Part shown: piece by piece, positions 37,270 to 45,447 of the stretch
Layout of the letters: each line of letters starts with the position of its first letter
How positions within the stretch are numbered: position 1 is the first letter of the stretch
Source of the DNA: an uncultured Gammaproteobacteria bacterium
Lineage (GTDB): Bacteria > Patescibacteriota > Patescibacteriia > SG8-24 > DYFX01
Length of the DNA: 64,000 bases
NCBI GenBank assembly: GCA_964404275.1
Contig: CAYOJH010000002.1
Location: 19,042-83,041, forward strand
Direction of reading: 5' to 3'
The notes under the pieces: generated by a model
Seen by the model: only the letters and a program-made list of their open reading frames with translations
Databases searched by the model: none
What the model was told of the DNA's origin: nothing
Translations under genes and position numbers: made by a program

Positions 37270-39072
37270 ATGACCACGAATGAAATCCGCTCGAAATTCC
37301 TGGATTTTTTCAAAGAAAAGGGCCACGCGATCATCCCTTCGGCCTCTTTGATTCCCGAAAACGATCCGACGGTGCTGTTCACGACGGCGGGCATGCATCC
37401 GCTCGTGCCATACCTGCTCGGCGAACCGCATCCGGCCGGCCGGCGCTTGGCCGACGTGCAGAAGTGCGTCCGCACCGGCGACATCGACGAAGTCGGCGAC
37501 AACCGCCACCTCACGTTTTTTGAGATGCTCGGCAACTGGTCGCTCGGCGATTACTTCAAGCGCGAGGCGATCACCTGGTCGTTCGAATTCCTGACCTCGC
37601 CGCGCTGGTTGAATCTCGATCCAGGACGCATCTACGTCACCGTCTTCGAAGGCGATGCCGATGCGCCGCGCGACTTGGAATCCGTCGCGATCTGGCAGGA
37701 CGCGTACCAAACGCGCGGCATTGAAGCGCGCTTCAACGAGCGCATCTTCGCCTATCCGAAAGACAAGAACTGGTGGGGACCGGCCGGCATGACCGGTCCG
37801 TGCGGTCCCGACACGGAAATTTTTTGGGACACCGGCCGTCAGCACGATCCGCGCCACGGCGCCGAGTGCCATCCGAACTGCGACTGCGGACGCTTCATCG
37901 AGATCTGGAACAACGTCTTCATGGAGTACAACAAGTCGGCGGCGGGCGCCTTCGAGCCGCTCGCGCAGAAGAACGTTGACACCGGCATGGGTCTGGAACG
38001 CGTCGTGGCGGTGCTGCAAGGCAAGTCGACGGTCTTCGACACGGAAAATTTTCAGGAGATGCTGGCCGCCGCCGGCGCGATCTGCGGCAAGACGTACGGC
38101 AAAAATGAAGACGACGACCGCGCCATGCGTATCGTCGTCGATCACGTCCGCACGGCCGTCTTCATGATCGGCGATCCGCGCGGCATCACGCCGTCGAACG
38201 TCGATCAGGGCTACATCCTGCGCCGCTTGATCCGCCGCGCCGTTCGTTATGGACGCCAGCTCGGCATCGAAGGCTTCTTCACGTCCAAAATCGCCGAGAA
38301 GGTGATCGAACTTTTCCGCGACGCGTATCCCGAGCTTGAAAAGAACCGCGATCGCGTGATCGGCGAACTCGACGCCGAAGAGGACAAATTCATGCGCACG
38401 CTCCAGAACGGCCTGCGCGAAGTCGAGAAGGTCAAGAAAGACCTGGAAGCCTCGCCGACCATTCCGGGCGAGACGGCCTTCTATTTGTACGAATCGTTCG
38501 GCTTTCCGAAAGAATTGACCGAGGAAACCGTCGGAAAGAAGGTGGACGAAGCCGAATGGCAAAAAGCCATGAAGGCCCACCAGGACCTTTCGCGCCAAGG
38601 CGCCGAGAAGAAGTTCAAGGGCGGCTTGGCGGACCACTCCTGGGAGACGACGCGCCTTCACACCGCCACGCATCTTTTGCATAAAGCGCTCCGCAACGTC
38701 CTCGGCGCGCACGTCGAGCAGAAAGGCTCCAACATCACCGCCGAGCGTCTGCGTTTCGATTTCTCGCATCCGAACAAGATGACGCCGGAAGAACTCAAGA
38801 ACGTCGAAGACATGGTCAACGAGGCCATCGTCCGCGATCTCCCCGTCCACTTCGAAGAGATGACCGTCGGCGAAGCCAAGCGCGGGGGAGCGATCGGCCT
38901 GTTCGAAGACCGTTACGGCGACAAGGTCAAAGTCTACGTCGTCGGCGATTATTCCAAGGAAATCTGCGGCGGCCCGCACGTCCAGCACACGGCCCAGCTC
39001 GGACGCTTCAAAATCTTGAAGGAGGAAGCGTCGTCGGCCGGCGTGCGCCGCATTAAAGCGATCGTTGAATGA
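37270..39072 (+). CDS. alaS: Alanine--tRNA ligase, short form lacking the C-Ala/DHHA1 domain
   Basis: Class II catalytic core ([23 protein letters not shown]), tRNA-recognition domain, and editing domain (HTATHLL...CGGPHV). Ends at 600 aa. Confidence 0.92.
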   Translation: MTTNEIRSKFLDFFKEKGHAIIPSASLIPENDPTVLFTTAGMHPLVPYLLGEPHPAGRRLADVQKCVRTGDIDEVGDNRHLTFFEMLGNWSLGDYFKREAITWSFEFLTSPRWLNLDPGRIYVTVFEGDADAPRDLESVAIWQDAYQTRGIEARFNERIFAYPKDKNWWGPAGMTGPCGPDTEIFWDTGRQHDPRHGAECHPNCDCGRFIEIWNNVFMEYNKSAAGAFEPLAQKNVDTGMGLERVVAVLQGKSTVFDTENFQEMLAAAGAICGKTYGKNEDDDRAMRIVVDHVRTAVFMIGDPRGITPSNVDQGYILRRLIRRAVRYGRQLGIEGFFTSKIAEKVIELFRDAYPELEKNRDRVIGELDAEEDKFMRTLQNGLREVEKVKKDLEASPTIPGETAFYLYESFGFPKELTEETVGKKVDEAEWQKAMKAHQDLSRQGAEKKFKGGLADHSWETTRLHTATHLLHKALRNVLGAHVEQKGSNITAERLRFDFSHPNKMTPEELKNVEDMVNEAIVRDLPVHFEEMTVGEAKRGGAIGLFEDRYGDKVKVYVVGDYSKEICGGPHVQHTAQLGRFKILKEEASSAGVRRIKAIVE

Positions 39073-40034
39073 AATCCTATCTCGTCACCGGCGCCGCGGG
39101 CTTCATCGGCTTCCATGTCGCGAAGCGCCTGCTCGAGCGCGGCGACGCCGTGATCGGGCTCGATAATTTGAACGATTACTACGACGTTTCCTTGAAGGAA
39201 GCGCGTTTGGCGCGCCTGGCGCATCCGCACTTCCGTTTTGAAAAACTCGATATCGCCGATCGTGAAGGCATGAAGCGTTTTTTTGAAAAAGCCTCTTTTG
39301 ACGTCGTGATCCACCTGGCCGCGCAGGCCGGCGTGCGCCATTCGCTGACGCATCCCGAGTCGTACATCGACAGCAACCTGGTCGGCTTCGGCAACATCCT
39401 CGAGGGCTGCCGCCACAAAAAGGTCGCGCACCTGGTCTACGCCTCGTCGAGTTCCGTTTACGGCGGCAACACCGAGATGCCCTTCTCGACCTCGCAGAAC
39501 GTCGATCATCCGCTCAGCCTGTACGCGGCCACCAAGAAAGCCAACGAGCTCATGGCGCACGTCTACAGCCACCTCTACGCGCTGCCGACGACCGGCCTGC
39601 GTTTCTTCACCGTCTACGGTCCGTGGGGGCGTCCCGACATGGCGATGTTCTCTTTCACCAAAGCGATCCTCGAAGGCAAGCCGATCGACGTCTTCAATCA
39701 CGGCAAGATGCAGCGCGATTTCACCTACATCGACGACATCGCCGAGGGCGTGATCCGCGCAGCCGACCATCTGCCGGCGGGGGAGCCGCCCTACAAAATC
39801 TACAACATCGGCAACAACGCGCCGGTCGAGCTCGGTCATTTCATCGCCACGATCGAGAAAGCGCTCGGACGGGAAGCCAAGAAGAATTTCCTGCCGATGC
39901 AGCCCGGCGACGTGCCGGCCACCTACGCCGACGTGGACGACCTGATGCGCGACGTCGGCTTCAAACCCGCCACGCCGATCGAAGAAGGCGTTGACAAATT
40001 CGTCGCGTGGTACAAAGAATACTATCGTCCATAG
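39069..40034 (+). CDS. NAD-dependent epimerase/dehydratase (UDP-glucuronate 4-epimerase-like)
   Basis: [10 protein letters not shown] Rossmann, [18 protein letters not shown] catalytic YxxxK. ATGA overlap with alaS. Confidence 0.85.
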   Translation: MKSYLVTGAAGFIGFHVAKRLLERGDAVIGLDNLNDYYDVSLKEARLARLAHPHFRFEKLDIADREGMKRFFEKASFDVVIHLAAQAGVRHSLTHPESYIDSNLVGFGNILEGCRHKKVAHLVYASSSSVYGGNTEMPFSTSQNVDHPLSLYAATKKANELMAHVYSHLYALPTTGLRFFTVYGPWGRPDMAMFSFTKAILEGKPIDVFNHGKMQRDFTYIDDIAEGVIRAADHLPAGEPPYKIYNIGNNAPVELGHFIATIEKALGREAKKNFLPMQPGDVPATYADVDDLMRDVGFKPATPIEEGVDKFVAWYKEYYRP

Positions 40035-40042
40035 GAGGTCCG

Positions 40043-40417
40043 ATGCGGTTCTTTAAAACAGCGTCCTTGCTCACGTTCGCGTTCGCCGGGATCTGGCTCT
40101 TCCTGTGTTGGGATCTGATGATCGAAACGAGGGACATCCGAATCCTGCTCATTGCGGCCGTGCCGTCCGCTCCTGCGCTCCTCGGCCTGGTCGGGTGTGT
40201 CCTGTACGAGCGTTTCCGCGCGCCAGATGTTATCATCCGGGTGGCGCTCAAGCCGCTGCCCGAACGCTTCCTGCTTCAGGAACAGCGCCTCGAACAGCGG
40301 GAGCGGCTCAGGAAGCAGCTCTTCGATCTCAACTGCGAGATCGAGACCTTCAACGCCAACCTCGCGCCCGATGAACGCAAGGCCTGGAGGCATCGTCCAG
40401 GTCCCTACGGCAAGTGA
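40043..40417 (+). CDS. Hypothetical membrane protein (124 aa)
   Basis: AGGAGG Shine-Dalgarno 4 nt upstream. Two TM helices then a charged coiled-coil tail. Confidence 0.45.
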   Translation: MRFFKTASLLTFAFAGIWLFLCWDLMIETRDIRILLIAAVPSAPALLGLVGCVLYERFRAPDVIIRVALKPLPERFLLQEQRLEQRERLRKQLFDLNCEIETFNANLAPDERKAWRHRPGPYGK

Positions 40418-40418
40418 T

Positions 40419-40442
40419 CCGCCTTATTTAGGGCGGTTTTTT
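40419..40442 (+). terminator. Rho-independent terminator
   Basis: CCGCC-ttatttag-GGCGG followed by TTTTTTC. Confidence 0.6.
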
Positions 40443-40459
40443 CGTCCGTGAGGCCGCCC

Positions 40460-40488
40460 TTGACGCGTTCGGGCCGTTTTGTTAGACT
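40460..40488 (+). promoter_or_regulatory. Promoter P1 for the infA-rpoA operon (-35 TTGACG, 17 nt, extended -10 TGTTAGACT)
   Basis: Read from the sequence. Consensus-like -35 and a TGn-TAGACT -10. Confidence 0.5.
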
Positions 40489-40517
40489 TTCCGCAAGCAA
40501 AGTCCCCGCCTGGCGAC

Positions 40518-40546
40518 TTGCGTCATTTTTTGGTTCGGATTAGACT
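40518..40546 (+). promoter_or_regulatory. Promoter P2 (-35 TTGCGT, 17 nt, -10 TAGACT), a tandem copy of P1
   Basis: Same TAGACT -10 hexamer and 17-nt spacing, 58 nt downstream of P1. Confidence 0.45.
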
Positions 40547-40578
40547 ATCCGACACTTCAATAATTCTTGACGAGCAGA

Positions 40579-40815
40579 ATGCAGAATAACGGATCAGGAG
40601 GAGTGGGGAAGGATTTCATCGAAGCCGCCGGCGTCGTTGAAGAGCTTCTCCCCGCCACGACCTTTAAAGTGAAGCTCGAAAGCGGACACAGCATCCTGGC
40701 CCACCTCTCGGGCAAGATGCGCATGAACCGCATCCGTCTCCTTCCCGGAGACCGCGTCAAAATCGAGATGACGCCGTACGATCTCACCAAAGGCCGCATC
40801 GTCTACCGTTTCTAA
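40579..40815 (+). CDS. infA: Translation initiation factor IF-1
   Basis: S1-like fold sequence GVVEELLP...[32 protein letters not shown]. Confidence 0.9.
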   Translation: MQNNGSGGVGKDFIEAAGVVEELLPATTFKVKLESGHSILAHLSGKMRMNRIRLLPGDRVKIEMTPYDLTKGRIVYRF

Positions 40816-40836
40816 CGCTCGTCATCAACGTCTCGC

Positions 40837-40953
40837 ATGAAAGTCCGCTCGTCCGTCAAAAAAATCTGCCGCGACTGCACGGTCATCCGCCGCAAGCGCC
40901 GCGTCATGATCATCTGCGAAAAGAACCCTAAGCATAAGCAGCGCCAGGGCTAA
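40837..40953 (+). CDS. rpmJ: 50S ribosomal protein L36
   Basis: Found by reading; it is below the 60-aa ORF-track cutoff. [38 protein letters not shown] has the C-x2-C...C-x4-H zinc ribbon. Confidence 0.9.
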   Translation: MKVRSSVKKICRDCTVIRRKRRVMIICEKNPKHKQRQG

Positions 40954-40962
40954 TTTGACTTT

Positions 40963-41352
40963 ATGGCACGTATCGCAGGCGTTACCCTCCCGAACAACAA
41001 GCGCGTGATCATCGCCCTGACCTACGTCTACGGCATCGGCAAGACGCAGGCCAAGAAGATCATCGAAAAGACCGGCGTGAATCCGGACACGCGCGTCAAG
41101 GATCTTCCCGAAGCGGAAGCCAACAAGCTCCGCGACCACATCGAGAAGACCATGAAGGTCGAAGGCGAGCTCCGCCGCGACACGCTGGCGCAAATCAAGC
41201 GGCTCCGCGAAATCGGCTCCTACCGCGGCACGCGTCACGCCAAGAACCTGCCGGCCCGCGGCCAGCGCACCAAGACCAACTCCCGCACCACGCGCGGCAA
41301 TGTCCGCAAGACGATGGGCTCCGGCCGCGTCAAAGCGGGCATGAAGACCTAA
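40963..41352 (+). CDS. rpsM: 30S ribosomal protein S13
   Basis: [26 protein letters not shown] is the S13 N-terminus. Confidence 0.95.
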   Translation: MARIAGVTLPNNKRVIIALTYVYGIGKTQAKKIIEKTGVNPDTRVKDLPEAEANKLRDHIEKTMKVEGELRRDTLAQIKRLREIGSYRGTRHAKNLPARGQRTKTNSRTTRGNVRKTMGSGRVKAGMKT

Positions 41353-41373
41353 TCCGCCTCGACGTAAACCTTT

Positions 41374-41829
41374 ATGGAAGAAACCACGAACGTCATCGCC
41401 CCGGCCGAGGCCGACGCGAAGACGGAAGAAGGGAAGAAGTCCAAGGCGGCTCCTCGCAAGAAGACCAAGAAAACGGTCCGCCAGGTCTCCCACGGCCGCT
41501 GCTACGTGCAGGCGACCTACAACAACACGATCGTCACCCTGACCGACGCGAACGGCAACGTGCTGGCCTGGTCGTCCGCCGGCAAAGTCGGCTTCAGTGG
41601 CCCGAAGAAGTCCACGCCGTACGCCGCCTCGATGATCATCAAGGACGTCACCGAAAAGGTGAAGGATACCGGACTCAAAGACGTCAACGTCTTCGTCAAA
41701 GGCATCGGCTCCGGCCGCGAATCCGCGGTCCGCGCCTTGAACGCCAACGGCATCAACGTGCTCTCGATCAAAGACGTCACCCCGATTCCTCATAACGGCT
41801 GCCGGCCGCCGAAACCGCGCCGCGTGTAA
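41374..41829 (+). CDS. rpsK: 30S ribosomal protein S11 with an N-terminal extension
   Basis: C-terminal [20 protein letters not shown], with a K-rich N-terminal extension. Confidence 0.95.
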   Translation: MEETTNVIAPAEADAKTEEGKKSKAAPRKKTKKTVRQVSHGRCYVQATYNNTIVTLTDANGNVLAWSSAGKVGFSGPKKSTPYAASMIIKDVTEKVKDTGLKDVNVFVKGIGSGRESAVRALNANGINVLSIKDVTPIPHNGCRPPKPRRV

Positions 41830-41832
41830 CCT

Positions 41833-42462
41833 ATGGGACGCAATACCGAACCCAAATGCAAACAGTGCCGGCGCGAAGGCGAGAAGCTCTATCTCAAAGG
41901 TGAGAAGTGCCTCGGTCCGAAGTGCCCGGTCACCCGCCGCGCGTTCCCTCCGGGCCAGCACGGTCCGACTTCCCGCGCCAAAATCACGCCGTTCGGCGTG
42001 CAGCTGCGCCAGAAGCAGAAGGCCAAGCGCATCTACGGCCTGATGGAAAAGCAATTCGAGAACTACTTCGTGAAAGCCGCCAGCCGCAAGGGCGACACCG
42101 GCGTCTTCCTGAAACAGTTCCTGGAAATGCGCTTCGACAACGTCGTCTACCGCCTCGGTTTCGCCAAGAGCCGCGCCCAGGCCCGCCAGATGGTCGGCCA
42201 CGGCCTGCTCACGGTCAACGGCAAGTCGGTCGACATCCCGTCGTACCAGCTCCGCGCCGGCGACATCGTCGCCATCAAGGAAAACAAGATCCACAAAGGC
42301 GCCTTCAAGGAACTGAAAGACCGCCTCTCCAAGCATCAGACCCCGGGCTGGCTCACGACCGACGCCGCCAACGCCACGGGCAAGATCATCAACCGCCCGA
42401 CGGCCGAAGAGCTCGAACAGAGCTTCGACGCCAAGCTGATCGTCGAATTCTACTCTCGCTAA
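41833..42462 (+). CDS. rpsD: 30S ribosomal protein S4
   Basis: N-terminal zinc ribbon CKQCRREGEKLYLKGEKCLGPKC and an S4 domain. Confidence 0.95.
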   Translation: MGRNTEPKCKQCRREGEKLYLKGEKCLGPKCPVTRRAFPPGQHGPTSRAKITPFGVQLRQKQKAKRIYGLMEKQFENYFVKAASRKGDTGVFLKQFLEMRFDNVVYRLGFAKSRAQARQMVGHGLLTVNGKSVDIPSYQLRAGDIVAIKENKIHKGAFKELKDRLSKHQTPGWLTTDAANATGKIINRPTAEELEQSFDAKLIVEFYSR

Positions 42463-42535
42463 TCCTTGGTCCGTCCCAGTGCCGCGCGGCGATTGCTGAT
42501 CTGTCGCGTCGCGTGCCGCAGGACTCCCAACCACT

Positions 42536-43351
42536 ATGGAAGACATTCTTCTTCCGTCGAAGATCGAAATCACTCCGACCGGGCGCGACAACGAGTCGAT
42601 GCTCGTCATGGAGCCGTTCTTCCACGGCTACGGCCACACGGTCGGCAACGCCCTTCGCCGGGTCTTGCTCTCGTCCCTCCAGGGCGCCGCGGTCATCGCC
42701 GTGAAGATCAAAGGCGCGTCGCACGAGTTCCAGGCCATCCCGAACGTCAAGGAAGACGTCCTCGAGATCATCCTGAACCTCAAGCAGCTCCGCCTGAAGG
42801 TGTTCTCCGATGAGCCGGTCAAGCTGACGCTTCACGCCAAAGGCGAGAAGAAAGTCACGGGCAAAGACATCCTGCCGAACTCGGACGTGGAAGTCGCCAA
42901 CCCGAACATGCACATCGCGACGCTCACGGACAAGTCCGGCGAGCTCGAAATGGAGATCACCGTGGCCAAGGGCCGCGGCTACGTCCCGACCGAGGAGCGC
43001 GGCAAGGAGCGCGGCGAACTCGGCACGATCGCCATCGACGCCCTCTACAGCCCGATCCGCTCGGTCGGCTACAAGGTGGACGACGTCCGCGTCGGCCAGA
43101 TCACCAACTTCGACAAGCTGACGCTCACGATCGAGACCGACGGCACGGTGGACGCCGACGAGGCCATCCGCTCGTCCGCTAAAATCCTGATCGACCACTT
43201 CGGTCTTCTGACCGGCCTCGCGGCCGGCGAGGCTCCGGCCAAGGCCGAAGCCGCCGAAGAAGCCTCCGGAGAAGCCGGAGAGGAATCGTCCGAACCCTCC
43301 GCCGACGGAGAAGAGAAGCCCAAGAAAAAGAAGGCTTCCAAAAAGAAATAA
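42536..43351 (+). CDS. rpoA: DNA-directed RNA polymerase alpha subunit, N-terminal domain only plus a charged tail
   Basis: The alpha-NTD is complete (EPFFHGYGHTVGNALRRVLLSS...). After about residue 228 the sequence is AAGEAPAKAEAAEE...KPKKKKASKKK, not a helical alpha-CTD. Confidence 0.9.
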   Translation: MEDILLPSKIEITPTGRDNESMLVMEPFFHGYGHTVGNALRRVLLSSLQGAAVIAVKIKGASHEFQAIPNVKEDVLEIILNLKQLRLKVFSDEPVKLTLHAKGEKKVTGKDILPNSDVEVANPNMHIATLTDKSGELEMEITVAKGRGYVPTEERGKERGELGTIAIDALYSPIRSVGYKVDDVRVGQITNFDKLTLTIETDGTVDADEAIRSSAKILIDHFGLLTGLAAGEAPAKAEAAEEASGEAGEESSEPSADGEEKPKKKKASKKK

Positions 43352-43353
43352 GT

Positions 43354-43704
43354 ATGCGCCATCGCGTTAAAGGAGCCATCTTGAGCCGAACGAAAGGGCC
43401 GCGCACCGCGCTGCTCCGCAATTTGGCGACCTCCGTCGTCTTGTACGAGAAGGTCAGGACCACCAAGGCCAAGGCGAAATTCGTCCGCCCGCTGGTCGAG
43501 AAGGCGATCACGATCGGCCGCGTCGGAACGCTCGCGTCCCGCCGCCAGCTGCATACGATGTTCACCCTCGAAAACGCGATCAAGAAGATCGTCGAGGAAC
43601 TCGGCCCCAAGTACAAGGGCCGCTCCGGCGGTTACACGCGCATCACGCCGCTCAAGCGCCGCGAAGGCGACGCCGCCGAGATGGTCATGATCGAACTGGT
43701 TTAA
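43354..43704 (+). CDS. rplQ: 50S ribosomal protein L17
   Basis: MRHRVKGAILSRTKGPRTALLRNLATSVV is the L17 N-terminus. Confidence 0.95.
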   Translation: MRHRVKGAILSRTKGPRTALLRNLATSVVLYEKVRTTKAKAKFVRPLVEKAITIGRVGTLASRRQLHTMFTLENAIKKIVEELGPKYKGRSGGYTRITPLKRREGDAAEMVMIELV

Positions 43705-43705
43705 T

Positions 43706-44071
43706 ATGCCGAGCACTTCCATCACCCGCAAAGCCGTCGAACTCGACGCCGCCGGACAGTCCGTCGGCCGCTTGGCGACGCAGATCGCGCGCATTTTGAT
43801 CGGCAAGCACAAGGCGACCTACACGCCGAACGTCGACGCCGGCGACACCGTCCGCGTCAAGAACGCGCACAAGCTCGTCCTGACCGGCAACAAGCAGGAA
43901 ACGAAACTCTACTACCACTACTCGCAGTATCCGGGCGGCATGAAAACCCGCGAAGCCAAGACCTTGATGGTCAAGGACCCGGGCAAGATCCTCCGCTACG
44001 CCGTCGATCGCATGCTCCCGAAGAACACGCTGCGCGCTCGTCGCATCAAGCGCCTGACGATCATCAAATAA
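43706..44071 (+). CDS. rplM: 50S ribosomal protein L13
   Basis: L13 family sequence (GRLATQIARILIGKHKATYTPNVDAGD). Confidence 0.92.
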   Translation: MPSTSITRKAVELDAAGQSVGRLATQIARILIGKHKATYTPNVDAGDTVRVKNAHKLVLTGNKQETKLYYHYSQYPGGMKTREAKTLMVKDPGKILRYAVDRMLPKNTLRARRIKRLTIIK

Positions 44072-44076
44072 GCGCT

Positions 44077-44571
44077 ATGACGACGAAGAAAGAACCCGCC
44101 AAAAAGACCGCCGCCAAGCACGCTCCGGCCAAAGCCGAAGCGAAAGCGGCTTCGAAGAAGCAAGTGAAGCACGAAGCCACCGGCACGTACGTCTACGCGC
44201 TCGGCCGCCGCAAGCGCGGCGTCGCCCAGGTCCGCGTCTACCTCGCCGGCAAAGGCAGCGTCACCGTCAACTCGAAGCCGATGAAGGACTACTTCCCGGT
44301 CGACGAGCTCCAGGACGCCGTGCTGTCGCCGCTCAAGGCCGTCGGCATGGACGCGACCGCCGACGTGGTCGCTTCCGCCCACGGCGGCGGCATCCGCGGT
44401 CAAGCTGACGCCGTCAAGCTCGGCATCGCCCGCGCCCTCCTGGTCCACAACCCCGATTTCCGCGCCACCCTGAAACCCCTCGGCGTCCTGACCCGCGACC
44501 CCCGCGAAAAGGAACGCAAGAAGTACGGTCTCAAGAAAGCCCGCAAGTCCCCGCAGTGGGCGAAACGTTAA
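44077..44571 (+). CDS. rpsI: 30S ribosomal protein S9 with a K/A-rich N-terminal extension
   Basis: GGGIRGQADAVKLGIARAL and C-terminal DPREKERKKYGLKKARKSPQWAKR. Confidence 0.93.
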   Translation: MTTKKEPAKKTAAKHAPAKAEAKAASKKQVKHEATGTYVYALGRRKRGVAQVRVYLAGKGSVTVNSKPMKDYFPVDELQDAVLSPLKAVGMDATADVVASAHGGGIRGQADAVKLGIARALLVHNPDFRATLKPLGVLTRDPREKERKKYGLKKARKSPQWAKR

Positions 44572-44580
44572 ACGCACCAG

Positions 44581-44607
44581 CTCCGCCGAAAGGCGGAGTT
44601 TTGGTTT
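44581..44607 (+). terminator. Rho-independent terminator after rpsI
   Basis: CTCCGCC-gaaa-GGCGGAG followed by TTTTGGTTT. Confidence 0.7.
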
Positions 44608-44640
44608 AGAAAAAACCTTCACGCGCGGGGTCGTGCACCA

Positions 44641-44994
44641 TTACGGTGCACGGCGGGGCGGGAAGGTGGCGGAGGCGTACTTGAGGAGGGGAGCGAGGAG
44701 CGTGTCGAACTTGAAGACGATGTCCGGTTCGCTCGGCAGGAGCCAGATGCGGCTGACGGAGCGCTGGAGTTGCTTGCCGCCGACCAGGAACTGGATGTCC
44801 GCGTCGAGTCCGCGCTCGATGACCGAGCGGCTGCGGCGCATGACCGAGCCGTAGATCGTTTGGTTGGTCTTTCGCTGGAACTCGGCGTAGACATCAACGA
44901 GCTTCTGGATATCGGCGCGGTTCCAGCCCTTGCGCTCGAGGTGTTGGAGAACGCCGATCAGGATGTGCTCGCTGTTCGCGGCGAAGACCTTCAC
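44641..44994 (-). CDS. Small hypothetical protein, paralog 1 of a tandem pair (117 aa; possibly a winged-helix regulator)
   Basis: GTG start overlapping the TGA of paralog 2 (GTGA). Aligns residue-for-residue with paralog 2 (RKGW, LVDVY, IYGSV, C-terminal FPPRRAP). Confidence 0.5.
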   Translation of the reverse strand: MKVFAANSEHILIGVLQHLERKGWNRADIQKLVDVYAEFQRKTNQTIYGSVMRRSRSVIERGLDADIQFLVGGKQLQRSVSRIWLLPSEPDIVFKFDTLLAPLLKYASATFPPRRAP

Positions 44995-45350
44995 GGCGCG
45001 CTCCGCGGCGGAAAGATGACATCCGCATGTTTGATGAGCGTGCGGTAATGCGGGTGGAGCGTGAGCGAGGCCGCGGCCGGAAGGCCGAGCGTCGTGAGCT
45101 GCACGCGGCTTACCGTCCGTTGGACGAGCTGGCGATTCTCGAGATCCTTGAGATCCTGTACGAGATCGTCCTTGAGCGCGCCTCGCGTCGGATTCCGCAC
45201 GGAGCCGTAGATCACGGCGCCGGTGGCGCGCTGGTACGCATCGTACACGTCGACAAGCTTGTCGACGTCGAGAAGATCCCAGCCCTTTTTGCGCAGATCG
45301 AAGATCAGGGCGAACAGGACTTGATCGTGCGTCGTGGCAATGATCGGCAT
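44991..45350 (-). CDS. Small hypothetical protein, paralog 2 of a tandem pair (119 aa)
   Basis: ATG at 45350 with a GGAGG Shine-Dalgarno 5 nt upstream. Ends FPPRSAP. The remainder of the longer ORF is an upstream extension antisense to nothing recognizable. Confidence 0.5.
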   Translation of the reverse strand: MPIIATTHDQVLFALIFDLRKKGWDLLDVDKLVDVYDAYQRATGAVIYGSVRNPTRGALKDDLVQDLKDLENRQLVQRTVSRVQLTTLGLPAAASLTLHPHYRTLIKHADVIFPPRSAP

Positions 45351-45447
45351 CCGAACCTCCGAATGGGTCCGGACTGAGCATAGCCATGACCGAGGCCGAC
45401 CGTCAAGGTTGATATTTTGCCTTGGAAATGGGAAAATAAAGGCGGAT

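Noticed and set aside
37183-38988. 601-aa minus-strand ORF
   Set aside because: It is antisense to alaS.
40418-40578. Possible tRNA in the 160-nt gap before infA (GGTTCGGAT resembles a T-loop)
   Set aside because: No acceptor stem or anticodon arm can be folded around it. The region is better explained by two promoters.
40825-42609. 594-aa minus-strand ORF
   Set aside because: It is antisense to the ribosomal protein operon.
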